Shown in pieces: positions 10,423 through 20,511 of a stretch of 64,000 nt of DNA. Every line of letters begins with the position of its first letter. The stretch's first letter is position 1. Position numbers and translations under genes: made by a program. The notes beneath the pieces were generated by a model. The model saw only the letters and a list, made by a program, of their open reading frames with translations, was not told where the DNA came from and ran no database searches. The stretch is from Candidatus Hermodarchaeota archaeon (lineage in GTDB: Archaea > Asgardarchaeota > Lokiarchaeia > Sigyniarchaeales > SOKP01): contig JBHLLP010000004.1 of assembly GCA_048885525.1 (NCBI GenBank), forward strand, positions 32,001-96,000, written 5' to 3'.

Positions 10423-11511
10423 TTGAAAATGGCTACTGAAAGGTCTTTATCAAAAAAGAAAATAACCCAACAGACAATTTCCATTTCACCCGCTCTAAAA
10501 GATCGAATTGAAAGATATATTCATGAAAATAATAAGAAAAATCCAAAAGATAAGAGATTTAAAAGTATTTCTGCTTTTTATAATGATGTTATGGAGAGAG
10601 CTTTGGACAGTTTTGAAAAAGGTAAAACACTTGATGACTTTGAAGCTTTTGCAGACACTGAAATTAAGGGATTTTTCGATAAAATTTCCTTTAAGGGCGT
10701 AATCCCCTATTATGAAACTGCTTTAAGAACCAATCGTTATACACCTCCTTTTTTTGAAAAAAATATCTTTTTTTACTTAACTCTAAGAAACCTTTATTTG
10801 GATCGAATGGATCCTTATGATATTAGCAGTATTAAGGGTATGTTCAATAGAATCAAAAACTATATGCTTTCAAATAATCTTACAAAAGAAGTTAATTTGG
10901 ATCTATTTACTGGAAAGACTGGAAAAGAGTTATCTGGAGTATTTGAATATGCAGGATTATACAAAAATTTAACTATTGAAAACTGTAAATACAATGCTGC
11001 AATTTTTGGATTGTTAGGTGTGAAATTAACTGACTTTTTGTACTCAGATAAAGATAATTACTTTAGATTTGATTTAAAAACTACAGATTTGTTTTATAGA
11101 ACAGATTTAGCAAAAAAAGAGAGAATAAAACTCATTAACTGTAATCTGTCTTATTTCTTCAATTTTCTCAAAATTATTGATGACAAGGATTATTATTTTT
11201 GGATGAAATTAGCTGAGGATAAAAATGTAATTATTAATTTTAATACTGAAGACATTCAAAATGAATGGGTAAATTTAATCAAGAAGGAAACTGATGAGTT
11301 CGGAGAAGAAGAGGATTTTCACCTTTATATGTTAAAATTTTTTAAGAAATTACATTGGATTGAAATTGAAAGTGAAAAGGATCTTATCTTTCAAATTAAA
11401 TTATCTAGAAAAAAATTTCAAAATGAAAGAGAAATTTTATTGGAGAGCCTTTCTAAAAAATCAGAAATCTTACAAAAAAATGGGAAATATCAAATAAAGA
11501 AATTAAGTTGA
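10423..11511 (+). CDS. hypothetical protein, paralog 1, N-terminal RHH-like segment
   Basis: 362-aa ORF; end-to-end similarity to 11880..12959. Confidence 0.75.
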   Translation: MKMATERSLSKKKITQQTISISPALKDRIERYIHENNKKNPKDKRFKSISAFYNDVMERALDSFEKGKTLDDFEAFADTEIKGFFDKISFKGVIPYYETALRTNRYTPPFFEKNIFFYLTLRNLYLDRMDPYDISSIKGMFNRIKNYMLSNNLTKEVNLDLFTGKTGKELSGVFEYAGLYKNLTIENCKYNAAIFGLLGVKLTDFLYSDKDNYFRFDLKTTDLFYRTDLAKKERIKLINCNLSYFFNFLKIIDDKDYYFWMKLAEDKNVIINFNTEDIQNEWVNLIKKETDEFGEEEDFHLYMLKFFKKLHWIEIESEKDLIFQIKLSRKKFQNEREILLESLSKKSEILQKNGKYQIKKLS

Positions 11512-11879
11512 TAATCATTCTTAAGTTTAAAGTCTAAAAAAAAAGAATAGATTTCGTCCTTATTATTCCCTTTTATTCCCCGTTTTTTGTCTTTGTGGAT
11601 GGACACCTGCGATCCCCTTGATTTTTATTGCAATAAATTGCCCATGTATAATTTTGTTAATGACTATTTAAAGATATATGTTAATAATCTTCTTTTATAA
11701 TCTCATATTAAATGTTTCTAAAAAACAAATACTAAAAAATTAACAATACAAATATATTATTAGAAAAAAATGTATCTTGTAAATATTAAATTAGCCTCTA
11801 CCTTCATTCTAATCCTCAGAAACGCTTACATAATTGAACTTTCTAACTAATATAAATTTAAAAATGCTTTAAAATTAAT

Positions 11880-12959
11880 ATGATTATGACATCAAAAAAA
11901 TATCTATCAAACAAAAGAACAACTCAACAAACCATTTCAACATCACCAGCTATTAAAGATTGGGTGAAAAGATATGTAAATGTAAAACATACAAAAAATC
12001 CTAATGATGAGAGATATAAAAGCATTTCAAGTTTTTATAATTATATTATGGAGAATGTACTAAAATTTTTTGAAGAAGGGAAAACTATTGATGACCTTAA
12101 AAGAGTTGAGGATAAAAAAATTAAAGAATTTTTCGATAGATTTACTTTTAAGGCTACAATACCACTTTATGAAATGGCAATTGAACCTAATAAATATACA
12201 CATTTTACATTCGAATTTAATACCCGTTTTTTGTTAATGTACCTAGATTTTTTCAGAAGTGAGGTCAAACCCCATAATTTTAACGATATTAAGTTATTTT
12301 TTGAAAAGATAAGAACTAGATATGCCACCACCAATATATCTAAAGATATGAAACTGCAATTATTTCCTGTTAAAAATAAAAGGTCTACTAAAGGAACCTT
12401 AGAATTTATTGGAAAATATAAAAATCTGCATTTTGAAAATTGCAAGTTTTTCGCTGCGGTTTTTGGTATTCTAGGGGCAAGAGTAACTGATTTCATTTAT
12501 TCTCCAGCAGATTATTATTGCAGGTTAGATCTTTTAGAAACAGATTTACTTTTTAAAAAGGAATTGGCTAAAAAAGAAAGATTAAAACTCATAAAAGAAA
12601 ACGTTGATTTTATGGTAAATTATAATAGAATACTTGACGATAATGATAAATATTTATGGATGAATTTAGGGGAAGACAATGAATTATTTATAAGTTTTAA
12701 AACCAAAATTGCTTTTAATAAATGGATTAAAACAATTGAGAGGGATTTAGGAAAATTTGGTACACAAGAAGACTTTCTTAGTAAAATATTACAATTCTTC
12801 AATAAACTCCATTGGATAAGAATTGAAAATATTAAAAATCTATCATTTCGAATCGACCAAGCTATCGAAAAAAGTACTGAACAGAAGCAAATGTTAATAG
12901 ATTATCTCTCAGAGCATAGTGTAATTACTCAAAACAACGGTATTTATTATTTAAAATAA
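11880..12959 (+). CDS. hypothetical protein, paralog 2, N-terminal RHH-like segment
   Basis: Shares TQQTIS.SPA.KD, KSIS.FYN, YKNL..ENCK, LAKKER, KLHWI with 10423..11511. Confidence 0.75.
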   Translation: MIMTSKKYLSNKRTTQQTISTSPAIKDWVKRYVNVKHTKNPNDERYKSISSFYNYIMENVLKFFEEGKTIDDLKRVEDKKIKEFFDRFTFKATIPLYEMAIEPNKYTHFTFEFNTRFLLMYLDFFRSEVKPHNFNDIKLFFEKIRTRYATTNISKDMKLQLFPVKNKRSTKGTLEFIGKYKNLHFENCKFFAAVFGILGARVTDFIYSPADYYCRLDLLETDLLFKKELAKKERLKLIKENVDFMVNYNRILDDNDKYLWMNLGEDNELFISFKTKIAFNKWIKTIERDLGKFGTQEDFLSKILQFFNKLHWIRIENIKNLSFRIDQAIEKSTEQKQMLIDYLSEHSVITQNNGIYYLK

Positions 12960-13062
12960 CCTAAATAAAAATATCCAAAATCTTTTTTGAAAATAATAAT
13001 AAGATTTATTATTTCATAAATTATAGTATTTCACTATTATTAAATTGAAAAATCGATTGAAT

Positions 13063-14982
13063 ATGGAAGAATTTGATTATGAAAAATTAGGTCTCAAGTG
13101 CGGATTAGAGATTCATCAACAACTTGATACAGAAAAAAAGTTATTTTGTAGATGTCCAGCTAAACTTCAAGGAACTAGAGAGCCGGATTTTACTATGCAT
13201 CGAGAAATGAGACCTGTTTTAGGTGAAATGGGAACATATGATAAAGCAATGTTAACAGAATACGAAAAAGGAATGGGAATTACTTATGAAGGGTATAATG
13301 ATGTAGTTTGTACCTATGAACTCGATGATACCCCTCCATTTTCCTGTAATACAGAAGCAAGAATGGTTGCCTTACAAATTGCTATGCTTCTTAATGCCAA
13401 TATAATTGAAGAAATGCATGTCTGTAGAAAAAACTATTTAGATGGGAGTGTCCCTTGCGGATTTCAACGTACAATGATACTTGGCACTGATGGCTATATA
13501 ACTTTAGAAAATGGTAAAAGAGTTAGAATAGATATCTTAAGTCTGGAGGAAGAAGCTGCAAGAAAAATTAAAACCGAAAATAAAATGAATTTTTTTCGTT
13601 TAGATCGATTAGGAATTCCATTGGTAGAAGTAACAACTAAACCCGATATAAATTCTCCCTATGAATGTCGGGAATGTGCTGAAAGAATTGGATTGTTATT
13701 ATGGTCAACAAATGTAAAAAAAGTTCTTGGATCAATTAGACAAGATGTTAACGTAAGTATTGAAGCTGGAACAAGAATTGAAATAAAAGGTGTACAGAAA
13801 TTAGGATGGATTCCTATCTTGATCAATCATGAAATTTCACGTCAATTAAAGCTCCTTGAAATTAAAAAAGAACTTGAAAAAAGAAGAATAGATCCTAATA
13901 ACCTTCCAGAAAATTCTATAGATTTAACTGATACCTTAGCTAAAGGGAAATCCAATTTCATAATGAAAGGTATTAAATCAGGAAAAAAATTTTATGGGAT
14001 CAATTTTAAGGGATTTAAGGGCATTTTTGGAAAAAATTTAATGGAAGATTATAGATTTGGAACTGAAGTTAGTAGTAAAGTAAAGCTGATTTCTGGTTTG
14101 AGAGGAATTATTCACTCTGATGAAGATTTAAATAAATACAATTTTTCACAGCAGGATATTAAGAAAATTAAAGAGAAATTAGCATCTAAAGAAAATGATT
14201 GTTTTGTATTAATATTAGGATCCCAGAAAGAATTAAAAAAAGCCGTAGGTGTTATTATCGATCGAGTAAAATTTGCTTTTAATGGAGTTCCTCCAGAAAC
14301 TAGAAGGGCTCTCGAGAATGGAAATACAGAATTTTTAAGAGAACTCCATGGGGGTGCTAGGTTATATCCTGACACTGATTCAGAAGCCATTTTTAATTCC
14401 GAAGAAGAAATTAATGAGATTAAGAAAAATCTCCCAAAATATCCATGGGATACGATAAAAAATTATTCTAAAAAATATGAAACTGAAGAGAGATTGATAA
14501 AAGACCTTATTTTTACAGGTAAACTCAAATTATTTGATAAATTAATAAAATTATATCCTGATAATCCCTCTTTAATCTTCACGACTCTATTAGAAACTAC
14601 AACTGCCCTTAGAAGAGAAGGGAAGAATATTGAAAATATAACTGATAATGATTTTATTGAAATTTTTAACCTTTTAAAAAAAAATGAAATAAGTAAAGAA
14701 GCAATTGAGGAGTTAATGAAAATTAAAGCAGATACTCCTAAATCTTCTATTGATCTGATTAAAAAGAAATTAAAATTAGAAACTATTTCTCAAGATGAAC
14801 TTAAACAATTGATAGTTGAGATAGTTAACACAAACTCTAATTTGATAAAAGAAAAAGAAATGAGAGCAAAGGGACCTTTAATGGGAGAAGTTATGAAAAA
14901 AGTTCGAGGAAAAATTGATGGTGCTATTGTCTCTAAGGAATTAGAAAATATTATAAAAGAAAAAATAAGGGAGTTGAAATAA
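13063..14982 (+). CDS. gatE: Glu-tRNA(Gln) amidotransferase subunit E
   Basis: GLKCGLEIHQQL, RLDRLGIPLVE, GSIRQDVNVSI, PETRRAL; ATG 13063 preferred. Confidence 0.96.
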   Translation: MEEFDYEKLGLKCGLEIHQQLDTEKKLFCRCPAKLQGTREPDFTMHREMRPVLGEMGTYDKAMLTEYEKGMGITYEGYNDVVCTYELDDTPPFSCNTEARMVALQIAMLLNANIIEEMHVCRKNYLDGSVPCGFQRTMILGTDGYITLENGKRVRIDILSLEEEAARKIKTENKMNFFRLDRLGIPLVEVTTKPDINSPYECRECAERIGLLLWSTNVKKVLGSIRQDVNVSIEAGTRIEIKGVQKLGWIPILINHEISRQLKLLEIKKELEKRRIDPNNLPENSIDLTDTLAKGKSNFIMKGIKSGKKFYGINFKGFKGIFGKNLMEDYRFGTEVSSKVKLISGLRGIIHSDEDLNKYNFSQQDIKKIKEKLASKENDCFVLILGSQKELKKAVGVIIDRVKFAFNGVPPETRRALENGNTEFLRELHGGARLYPDTDSEAIFNSEEEINEIKKNLPKYPWDTIKNYSKKYETEERLIKDLIFTGKLKLFDKLIKLYPDNPSLIFTTLLETTTALRREGKNIENITDNDFIEIFNLLKKNEISKEAIEELMKIKADTPKSSIDLIKKKLKLETISQDELKQLIVEIVNTNSNLIKEKEMRAKGPLMGEVMKKVRGKIDGAIVSKELENIIKEKIRELK

Positions 14983-16341
14983 ATGAGTGAAAAGTTAAAA
15001 GGTTATAGAGGAGAAGGTAAAAAGATCTTGGAAAAACATAAGATTGAAATTTGGGATATTGTTCAAATTAAAACAGAAAAAACAAATTATGAAGGGATTA
15101 TATTACCCAGAACTGAGTATTCTGCTCCAAATTTCATAAATATAAAATTAGAAAATAACTACAATGTTGGAATAAAGGTTTCTGAAATACATGAAATAAA
15201 AAAAATTGGTAAAAGAGAAGCATCGTATAAAATTCCAGAGAAAGAATTTCCTATAAATAAAAACCTACCAAATTTGATATTGTTTGGAACTGGTGGAACG
15301 ATTGCCTCAAGATTAGATTATACAACAGGTGCAGTAATACCTTCATTTACTCCGGGAGAATTATTTAGCGCGGTTCCAGAATTAGCAGAAATATGTAATC
15401 TTAAATGTGAAAATGTTTTTGAAATCCTCTCGGAGAACATGAAACCAGAAAACTGGAAAAAATTAGCTGAAAAAGTTAAAGATGCCGCTAATTCAGGAAT
15501 TGATGGCATTATTATTGGCCATGGAACTGATACAATGTCATTTACTAGTGCAGCCCTTTCTTTCATGGTAAAAGATTTAACAGTCCCTGTAGTCCTTGTT
15601 GGTAGCCAAAGAAGTTCTGATAGACCTTCTTCAGATGCAGCTTTAAATTTAATTAATGCTGCTATTGTTGCTCAGTCAGATATAGCCGAAGTTGTCATTT
15701 CTATGCTAGGCTCTCCATCTCATGATTATGGGTTAATTCATAGAGGAACTTTAGTTAGAAAAATGCATTCTTCGGTTAGAAATACTTTTCGAACTATAAA
15801 CAGTATACCACTCGGTATCGTCCAAAATAGAAAAATCAAAATGTTCACAAATGATTATAAGAAAAGATCCAAATTAGAAACAAACACAAATACTAAGTTT
15901 GAAGAAAAAATTGCTCTTATATATTCATACCCAGGGACTGACTACGAATTAATTAATTTTTACATTGATAATGGATACAAAGGAATTGTAATTGCTGGAA
16001 CTGGATTAGGACATGTATCTACTACCATTTATGATTCATTAAAAAGAGCTATTCAAGAAGGGTTGACCGTTCTCATGACTACTCAAACACTCCATGGATT
16101 CGTTGGTATGAATGTTTATTCCACTGGAAGAGAATTACTAAATATGGGTGTGATTCCTGGAAGAAATTTATTACCAGAAACAGCCTATATTAAACTTGGT
16201 TGGGTTCTTGGACAAACTAATAACCCTAAAGAAATAAGAGCTTTATTATTAGAGAATATAGCAGGTGAGTATTTAGAAAGGGAGATTCCCATTGCGTTCA
16301 ATTATAATATCGATGAATTATTAAAATCCAAGAAACTCTAA
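14983..16341 (+). CDS. gatD: Glu-tRNA(Gln) amidotransferase subunit D
   Basis: TGGTIASRLDY, HGTDTM, GSQRSSDRPSSD. Confidence 0.96.
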   Translation: MSEKLKGYRGEGKKILEKHKIEIWDIVQIKTEKTNYEGIILPRTEYSAPNFINIKLENNYNVGIKVSEIHEIKKIGKREASYKIPEKEFPINKNLPNLILFGTGGTIASRLDYTTGAVIPSFTPGELFSAVPELAEICNLKCENVFEILSENMKPENWKKLAEKVKDAANSGIDGIIIGHGTDTMSFTSAALSFMVKDLTVPVVLVGSQRSSDRPSSDAALNLINAAIVAQSDIAEVVISMLGSPSHDYGLIHRGTLVRKMHSSVRNTFRTINSIPLGIVQNRKIKMFTNDYKKRSKLETNTNTKFEEKIALIYSYPGTDYELINFYIDNGYKGIVIAGTGLGHVSTTIYDSLKRAIQEGLTVLMTTQTLHGFVGMNVYSTGRELLNMGVIPGRNLLPETAYIKLGWVLGQTNNPKEIRALLLENIAGEYLEREIPIAFNYNIDELLKSKKL

Positions 16342-16473
16342 ATTTACAAAATTATACCTCCTTGTTAAGAGAAAAATCTAAAGTTAAATTTTCCAATAAA
16401 TTTCACGTAAAAAGATAAAAAATTTATAGTTTGAATAATTTAAGTTCATATTCAGAGAATGTGGTGAAGTAGT

Positions 16474-17202
16474 TTGGGAAAACGAATTTTAGCGCAGCGG
16501 AAAGGCAGAGGCGTTCTAGGTTTTAGATCTCCTAGTCATCGTCATATAGGAGAAGTAAAATATCGCCCATTCAAAAAAAATGAAAAATTATTTAAATTTA
16601 AGGTAATTGACCTCATTCATTCTCCAGGAAGAGGTGCTCCAGTAGCCCGCATACAATATGAAGATAAAGGAAAAGGGCTTTGGCTTCCCCCAGAAGGAGT
16701 TTTTATAGGACAAGAATTTATTCAATCTAAAACTGGATATGGTCAAAATGTAGAAGTAGGAAACATTCTACCCTTAAAAAAAATGCCTTTAGGAACTCTA
16801 GTCTTTAATATCGAATCAACACCCCAAGATGGAGGAAAATTCGCACGAGCATCTGGAGTTGCCGCAATCGTTAGAAATAGATCTGGGAATAAAGTCGAAC
16901 TTTTATTTCGGTCTAAAAAAACTAAATGGATAAATGAAAATTGCCTAGCTACAATCGGGGTTGTTGCCGGAGGAGGACGTACAGACAAACCTTTCTTAAA
17001 AGCGGGTAATAAATTTCATTATGTAAAATCTAAAGCTAAAAAGTGGCCAGTGGTGAGAGGAGTCGCTATGGTGGCAGCAAGTCATCCTTATGGTGGTGGA
17101 GCTAAGCAATCTCCGCATAAATCCACGACCACTTCGAGGAATGCTCCTCCTGGAAGAAAAGTAGGACAAATTGCAGCTAGGAGAACTGGACATCAGAACT
17201 AG
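16474..17202 (+). CDS. rpl2: ribosomal protein uL2
   Basis: MGKRILAQRKGRG, WPVVRGVAM, SRNAPPGRKVG; TTG start 6 nt after GGTGA. Confidence 0.97.
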   Translation: MGKRILAQRKGRGVLGFRSPSHRHIGEVKYRPFKKNEKLFKFKVIDLIHSPGRGAPVARIQYEDKGKGLWLPPEGVFIGQEFIQSKTGYGQNVEVGNILPLKKMPLGTLVFNIESTPQDGGKFARASGVAAIVRNRSGNKVELLFRSKKTKWINENCLATIGVVAGGGRTDKPFLKAGNKFHYVKSKAKKWPVVRGVAMVAASHPYGGGAKQSPHKSTTTSRNAPPGRKVGQIAARRTGHQN

Positions 17203-17347
17203 TTTTTTCTCCTCTTATCAATCTACCAATCTTTCCTACCCAATGAAATCTCGATAGATTTTTATATTCTATTTATTCTTATATATTTGGATATATAATT
17301 CAACATAAATATATTTTTAAATATATTAATAAAAAGAATAAGTAAGT

Positions 17348-17947
17348 TTGGACCTAGAAATTTCAAGTGGATCTTTATGGTATTCAACCCATTATTTTGA
17401 ACTTAAAATAAAAATAACTGGGGCTGGAACAATTGATGATCCATATCTGTTTACTACTAAAAACAGATATCCTGATGAATCTTTTGAAATCAGAATAAAT
17501 AATTCGAATAAATATATTGAATTTATCAGAATTAATTTAAAAGCTCTTTACTTGAAGAACAATAAAAACGTTAAAATATCAAATGCAAGGATAAAGGTTT
17601 TAGGTTTGGGAAATTCTTCAAAAATTTCAATTGAAAAAGTTAATATTCTAAAACAACTGAGGCTCGATAAAGTTCAACATATAAAAATCGCCGATTGTAA
17701 TATAAAGAAACTATATGCATTTTCGGGTGATCAAATCTATATATATAATAGCACGATCAAAACAATTTCAAGAAAATCTAAAGCGAATCTAATTTTTCAA
17801 AACGAACAACGTGCTCAACTTCTTAAAAGTAAGTCATATCAACCTGATAAACATTTAGAATTGAATATATGGATCTGTGATCAATGTGGATCTGCAGTGG
17901 ATTTGTTTTCAAGATTTTGCCATGAGTGTGGTTATAGATTAAAATAG
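17348..17947 (+). CDS. hypothetical protein, beta-solenoid-like repeats with C-terminal zinc ribbon
   Basis: GAGTIDDPY motif, Ile/Leu-periodic beta repeats, CDQCG...FCHECG. Confidence 0.6.
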   Translation: MDLEISSGSLWYSTHYFELKIKITGAGTIDDPYLFTTKNRYPDESFEIRINNSNKYIEFIRINLKALYLKNNKNVKISNARIKVLGLGNSSKISIEKVNILKQLRLDKVQHIKIADCNIKKLYAFSGDQIYIYNSTIKTISRKSKANLIFQNEQRAQLLKSKSYQPDKHLELNIWICDQCGSAVDLFSRFCHECGYRLK

Positions 17948-17968
17948 TATTAAATTGAATGAAAACTA

Positions 17969-18667
17969 ATGCCGCAAGAAAAGAGTAAGAAAAAAGCAGT
18001 TTTGATCCCAGTATTAACAATAATTGTAATTCTATGTATTGCTACATTTCATGATCTAAACACTGAAATGAATTTTGCTTTTCATGAAGATTCTGGAGAA
18101 GAACAAGGAAACCTTATTTTAGAAAGAAAAGCTTCTTATGAAATCATTTGGGAGTTCAAATCTACAAATACTATGAAAGTATTAATAATCAAAAAAAGTA
18201 GTCTTGAATGGTATAAAAGAGTCGTCTCTGAAATAGCTGAAGAATATCATATAGATACTAGTTATTATTGGAATGAATTTCTTGAAAGCCACTACGTCTC
18301 GCAGGGAAAGTACGAAGATTCGGGTAAATTCAAAAGCACTGATAATACATTATATTATATTGAGTTTGTAACTTCAGGGACATTCACTTATCATGTCAAT
18401 TGGGATCCCTTCGCTATCGACTTAAAATGGATCTTTTTTACTCTTCTTGGTATTTTCACAACAATTGGTATATTCTCTTATATATTCCGTTTTAATTATT
18501 TAATTAAAATTAAAAGGAATATTAAGAAATATAATTCATTGAAAGCACCAACACTGGATAATTGTGCATATATAATTACATATAAATGTGAAATTTGTGG
18601 AATAAATCTGGATTTGGATGCTATTTTCTGTCATAAATGTGGTTCTCGACTAAACAAATATAAATAA
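17969..18667 (+). CDS. two-TM membrane protein with C-terminal zinc ribbon
   Basis: Two hydrophobic helices; CEICG...FCHKCG. Confidence 0.65.
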   Translation: MPQEKSKKKAVLIPVLTIIVILCIATFHDLNTEMNFAFHEDSGEEQGNLILERKASYEIIWEFKSTNTMKVLIIKKSSLEWYKRVVSEIAEEYHIDTSYYWNEFLESHYVSQGKYEDSGKFKSTDNTLYYIEFVTSGTFTYHVNWDPFAIDLKWIFFTLLGIFTTIGIFSYIFRFNYLIKIKRNIKKYNSLKAPTLDNCAYIITYKCEICGINLDLDAIFCHKCGSRLNKYK

Positions 18668-18726
18668 TATATTAAAAGATTGCGCCCTCTCAACCCTTAA
18701 CAAATAAAAAAATGGAAAAGTAAAAA

Positions 18727-19623
18727 TTAGCTTAATGAAGCATTAAAATTGAAGGAAATGTTATGTAAAAATTCCTTATATCTTGAGCGAAGAGTTACCT
18801 CTGTGACTCCTATCACTCGTGAAATATCTTTTTGACTTACCTTGTGATTCCTCAGTTTTGATACGAAATATATTGAACCAGCACACAAACCTTTCGGATC
18901 TTTACCGCATATAGACGTGTTTTCGATGAAATTCTTTAATACATTTATTGATTCCTTCTCAATATTAATATCCAAACCTAAATCCGCGCAATAGCGAGGT
19001 ATAAGGGATACAGGATCAATATGAGGTGATTTTAAGTTCAATTCTCGTACTAAGATCTTATAGCATTTTTTCACAATATTATTGTTTATTGATGCCTCCT
19101 CTAAGATTTCCTGAAGAGTAATTGGAACCCTTTCTTGTTTGCATACATAATATGCACATGCTGCTATCATACCATTTATAGACCTGCCCCTTAAGAGATT
19201 CTTCTTAAATACTTCCTTATAAAGTCGAACAGCTGATTTCTTTACCCTCTCTGGAAAATTTAAATTGCCACCAATTCTCTTTAGTTCGGTTATAGCAATA
19301 AGCATATTCCGTTTCTCCCAAGATAAATGAGTATTCCATTTTGCTGCTCTTCTTAAATCAGGATTTTTAATTTTTGTCCTATCAATAATTGTACTAAGAC
19401 CGATATCAGGCATCAAAATTGAAATTGGACAACCAGTTCTTTCTTTTTTATCCTTTTCTTGTTTTGAATAAGCCCTTATACCGCTATGACTTACATCAAC
19501 TGCCTTTTCAGATAGAACTAAACCACAATGTTGACAAACAATTTCCCCTCTTTGATGAATATCAATCGTGGAACCACTACATTCAGGACAAAAGCCTGTT
19601 TGCTGTGATACTTCAATAAACAT
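18727..19623 (-). CDS. tfb: transcription initiation factor B
   Basis: CPEC...CQHCGLV Zn ribbon, LLRGRSI, GKDPKGL, GVTEVTLRSRYKE. Confidence 0.95.
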   Translation of the reverse strand: MFIEVSQQTGFCPECSGSTIDIHQRGEIVCQHCGLVLSEKAVDVSHSGIRAYSKQEKDKKERTGCPISILMPDIGLSTIIDRTKIKNPDLRRAAKWNTHLSWEKRNMLIAITELKRIGGNLNFPERVKKSAVRLYKEVFKKNLLRGRSINGMIAACAYYVCKQERVPITLQEILEEASINNNIVKKCYKILVRELNLKSPHIDPVSLIPRYCADLGLDINIEKESINVLKNFIENTSICGKDPKGLCAGSIYFVSKLRNHKVSQKDISRVIGVTEVTLRSRYKEFLHNISFNFNASLS

Positions 19624-19703
19624 TACCCATAACCCTTTACTTTATTTTCAAAAAACTATGATATTAGTTTTTTTTCACATAACTTAGGAAAAAAAAATTT
19701 TTT

Positions 19704-20033
19704 TTGGTAGCAAAAAAAATATTTTTTGTTACAATTATTGCTGTTAAAGGTTATAAATGTAAGGGAGTAGTAAGTGGGACAAAAGGTTTAAAAGAGTTAA
19801 AAGGTTGGATCACCAAGCTTATTCTAGTAGATATAATCTTACCGGATATTTTTGAATATGAAATTTGTAAAATGATTAAGGATCATAAAGTATATCATGA
19901 GTTTCACGCCTATCTACTTACAGCAATATAAAGGAGCGAAGTATAGAAATAGATGGATGAAATCAAAACTGATGTTTATATCTTGAACCCTTTCGATTTT
20001 TCTGATTTTGAGGTGGTATTCCAATATTTATAA
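19704..20033 (+). pseudogene. degraded single-domain response regulator (receiver)
   Basis: LILVDIILPD...EICKMIK...LLTAI*RSEV*K*MDEIKTDVYILNPFDFSDF: one frame with three internal stops; conserved KPF changed to NPF. Confidence 0.75.
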
Positions 20034-20088
20034 TATTGATTTTTTTAATTAAATTAAAACTTAATCTTATTAATTTTTTATAAAGTAG

Positions 20089-20192
20089 CGGGCTATGAGG
20101 GAATCACGTTAGCTGGATTGCTTCCAACTGATTTCGAACCCCCGACCGTCAGGTTAAGAGCCTGCTGCGCTACCTGCCTGCGCCAATAGCCC
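20089..20192 (-). tRNA. tRNA-Lys(CTT) with 30-nt T-loop intron (20103..20132, position 59/60)
   Basis: Acceptor GGGCTAT/ATAGCCC, loop CTCTTAA, GGGGGTTCGAA|intron|TCCCTC, relaxed BHB. Confidence 0.88.
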
Positions 20193-20230
20193 ATCTATAA
20201 AAAATTTCTTAATAGCTGTAATACATAAAA

Positions 20231-20332
20231 CGCAGATGGAGGGACTCGAACCCCCGAGCGCTTACGCGCACCGGCTCACTTGATTATTAAAAAATCTCAA
20301 GGCCGGCGTCTTACCAGCTAGGCTACATCTGC
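20231..20332 (-). tRNA. tRNA-Ser(TGA) with 19-nt intron at 37/38 (20277..20295)
   Basis: Acceptor GCAGATG/CATCTGC, CCGGC stem, CTTGAG|intron|A, long variable arm, G73; central helix CTTG/CAAG. Confidence 0.88.
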
Positions 20333-20511
20333 ATTTTTAAGACAACTAAGAAATTTTTAATACTTGATGATAATATGCTATTAAAGTAGAGTATATGCTA
20401 GAAAATAAATTTTTTTTTATTTTTCATTGACTTTATCACTATTTTCATCTTCTATTTAAAGAAAACTATAAATTTTATGCTACATTGACCTCTAATTGAG
20501 ATGGTGAAGAA

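Noticed and set aside
20231-20332. Possible tRNA-Sec or selenoprotein recoding
   Set aside because: The anticodon is TGA (Ser), not TCA, and no in-frame TGA at a Cys position was noticed in any gene
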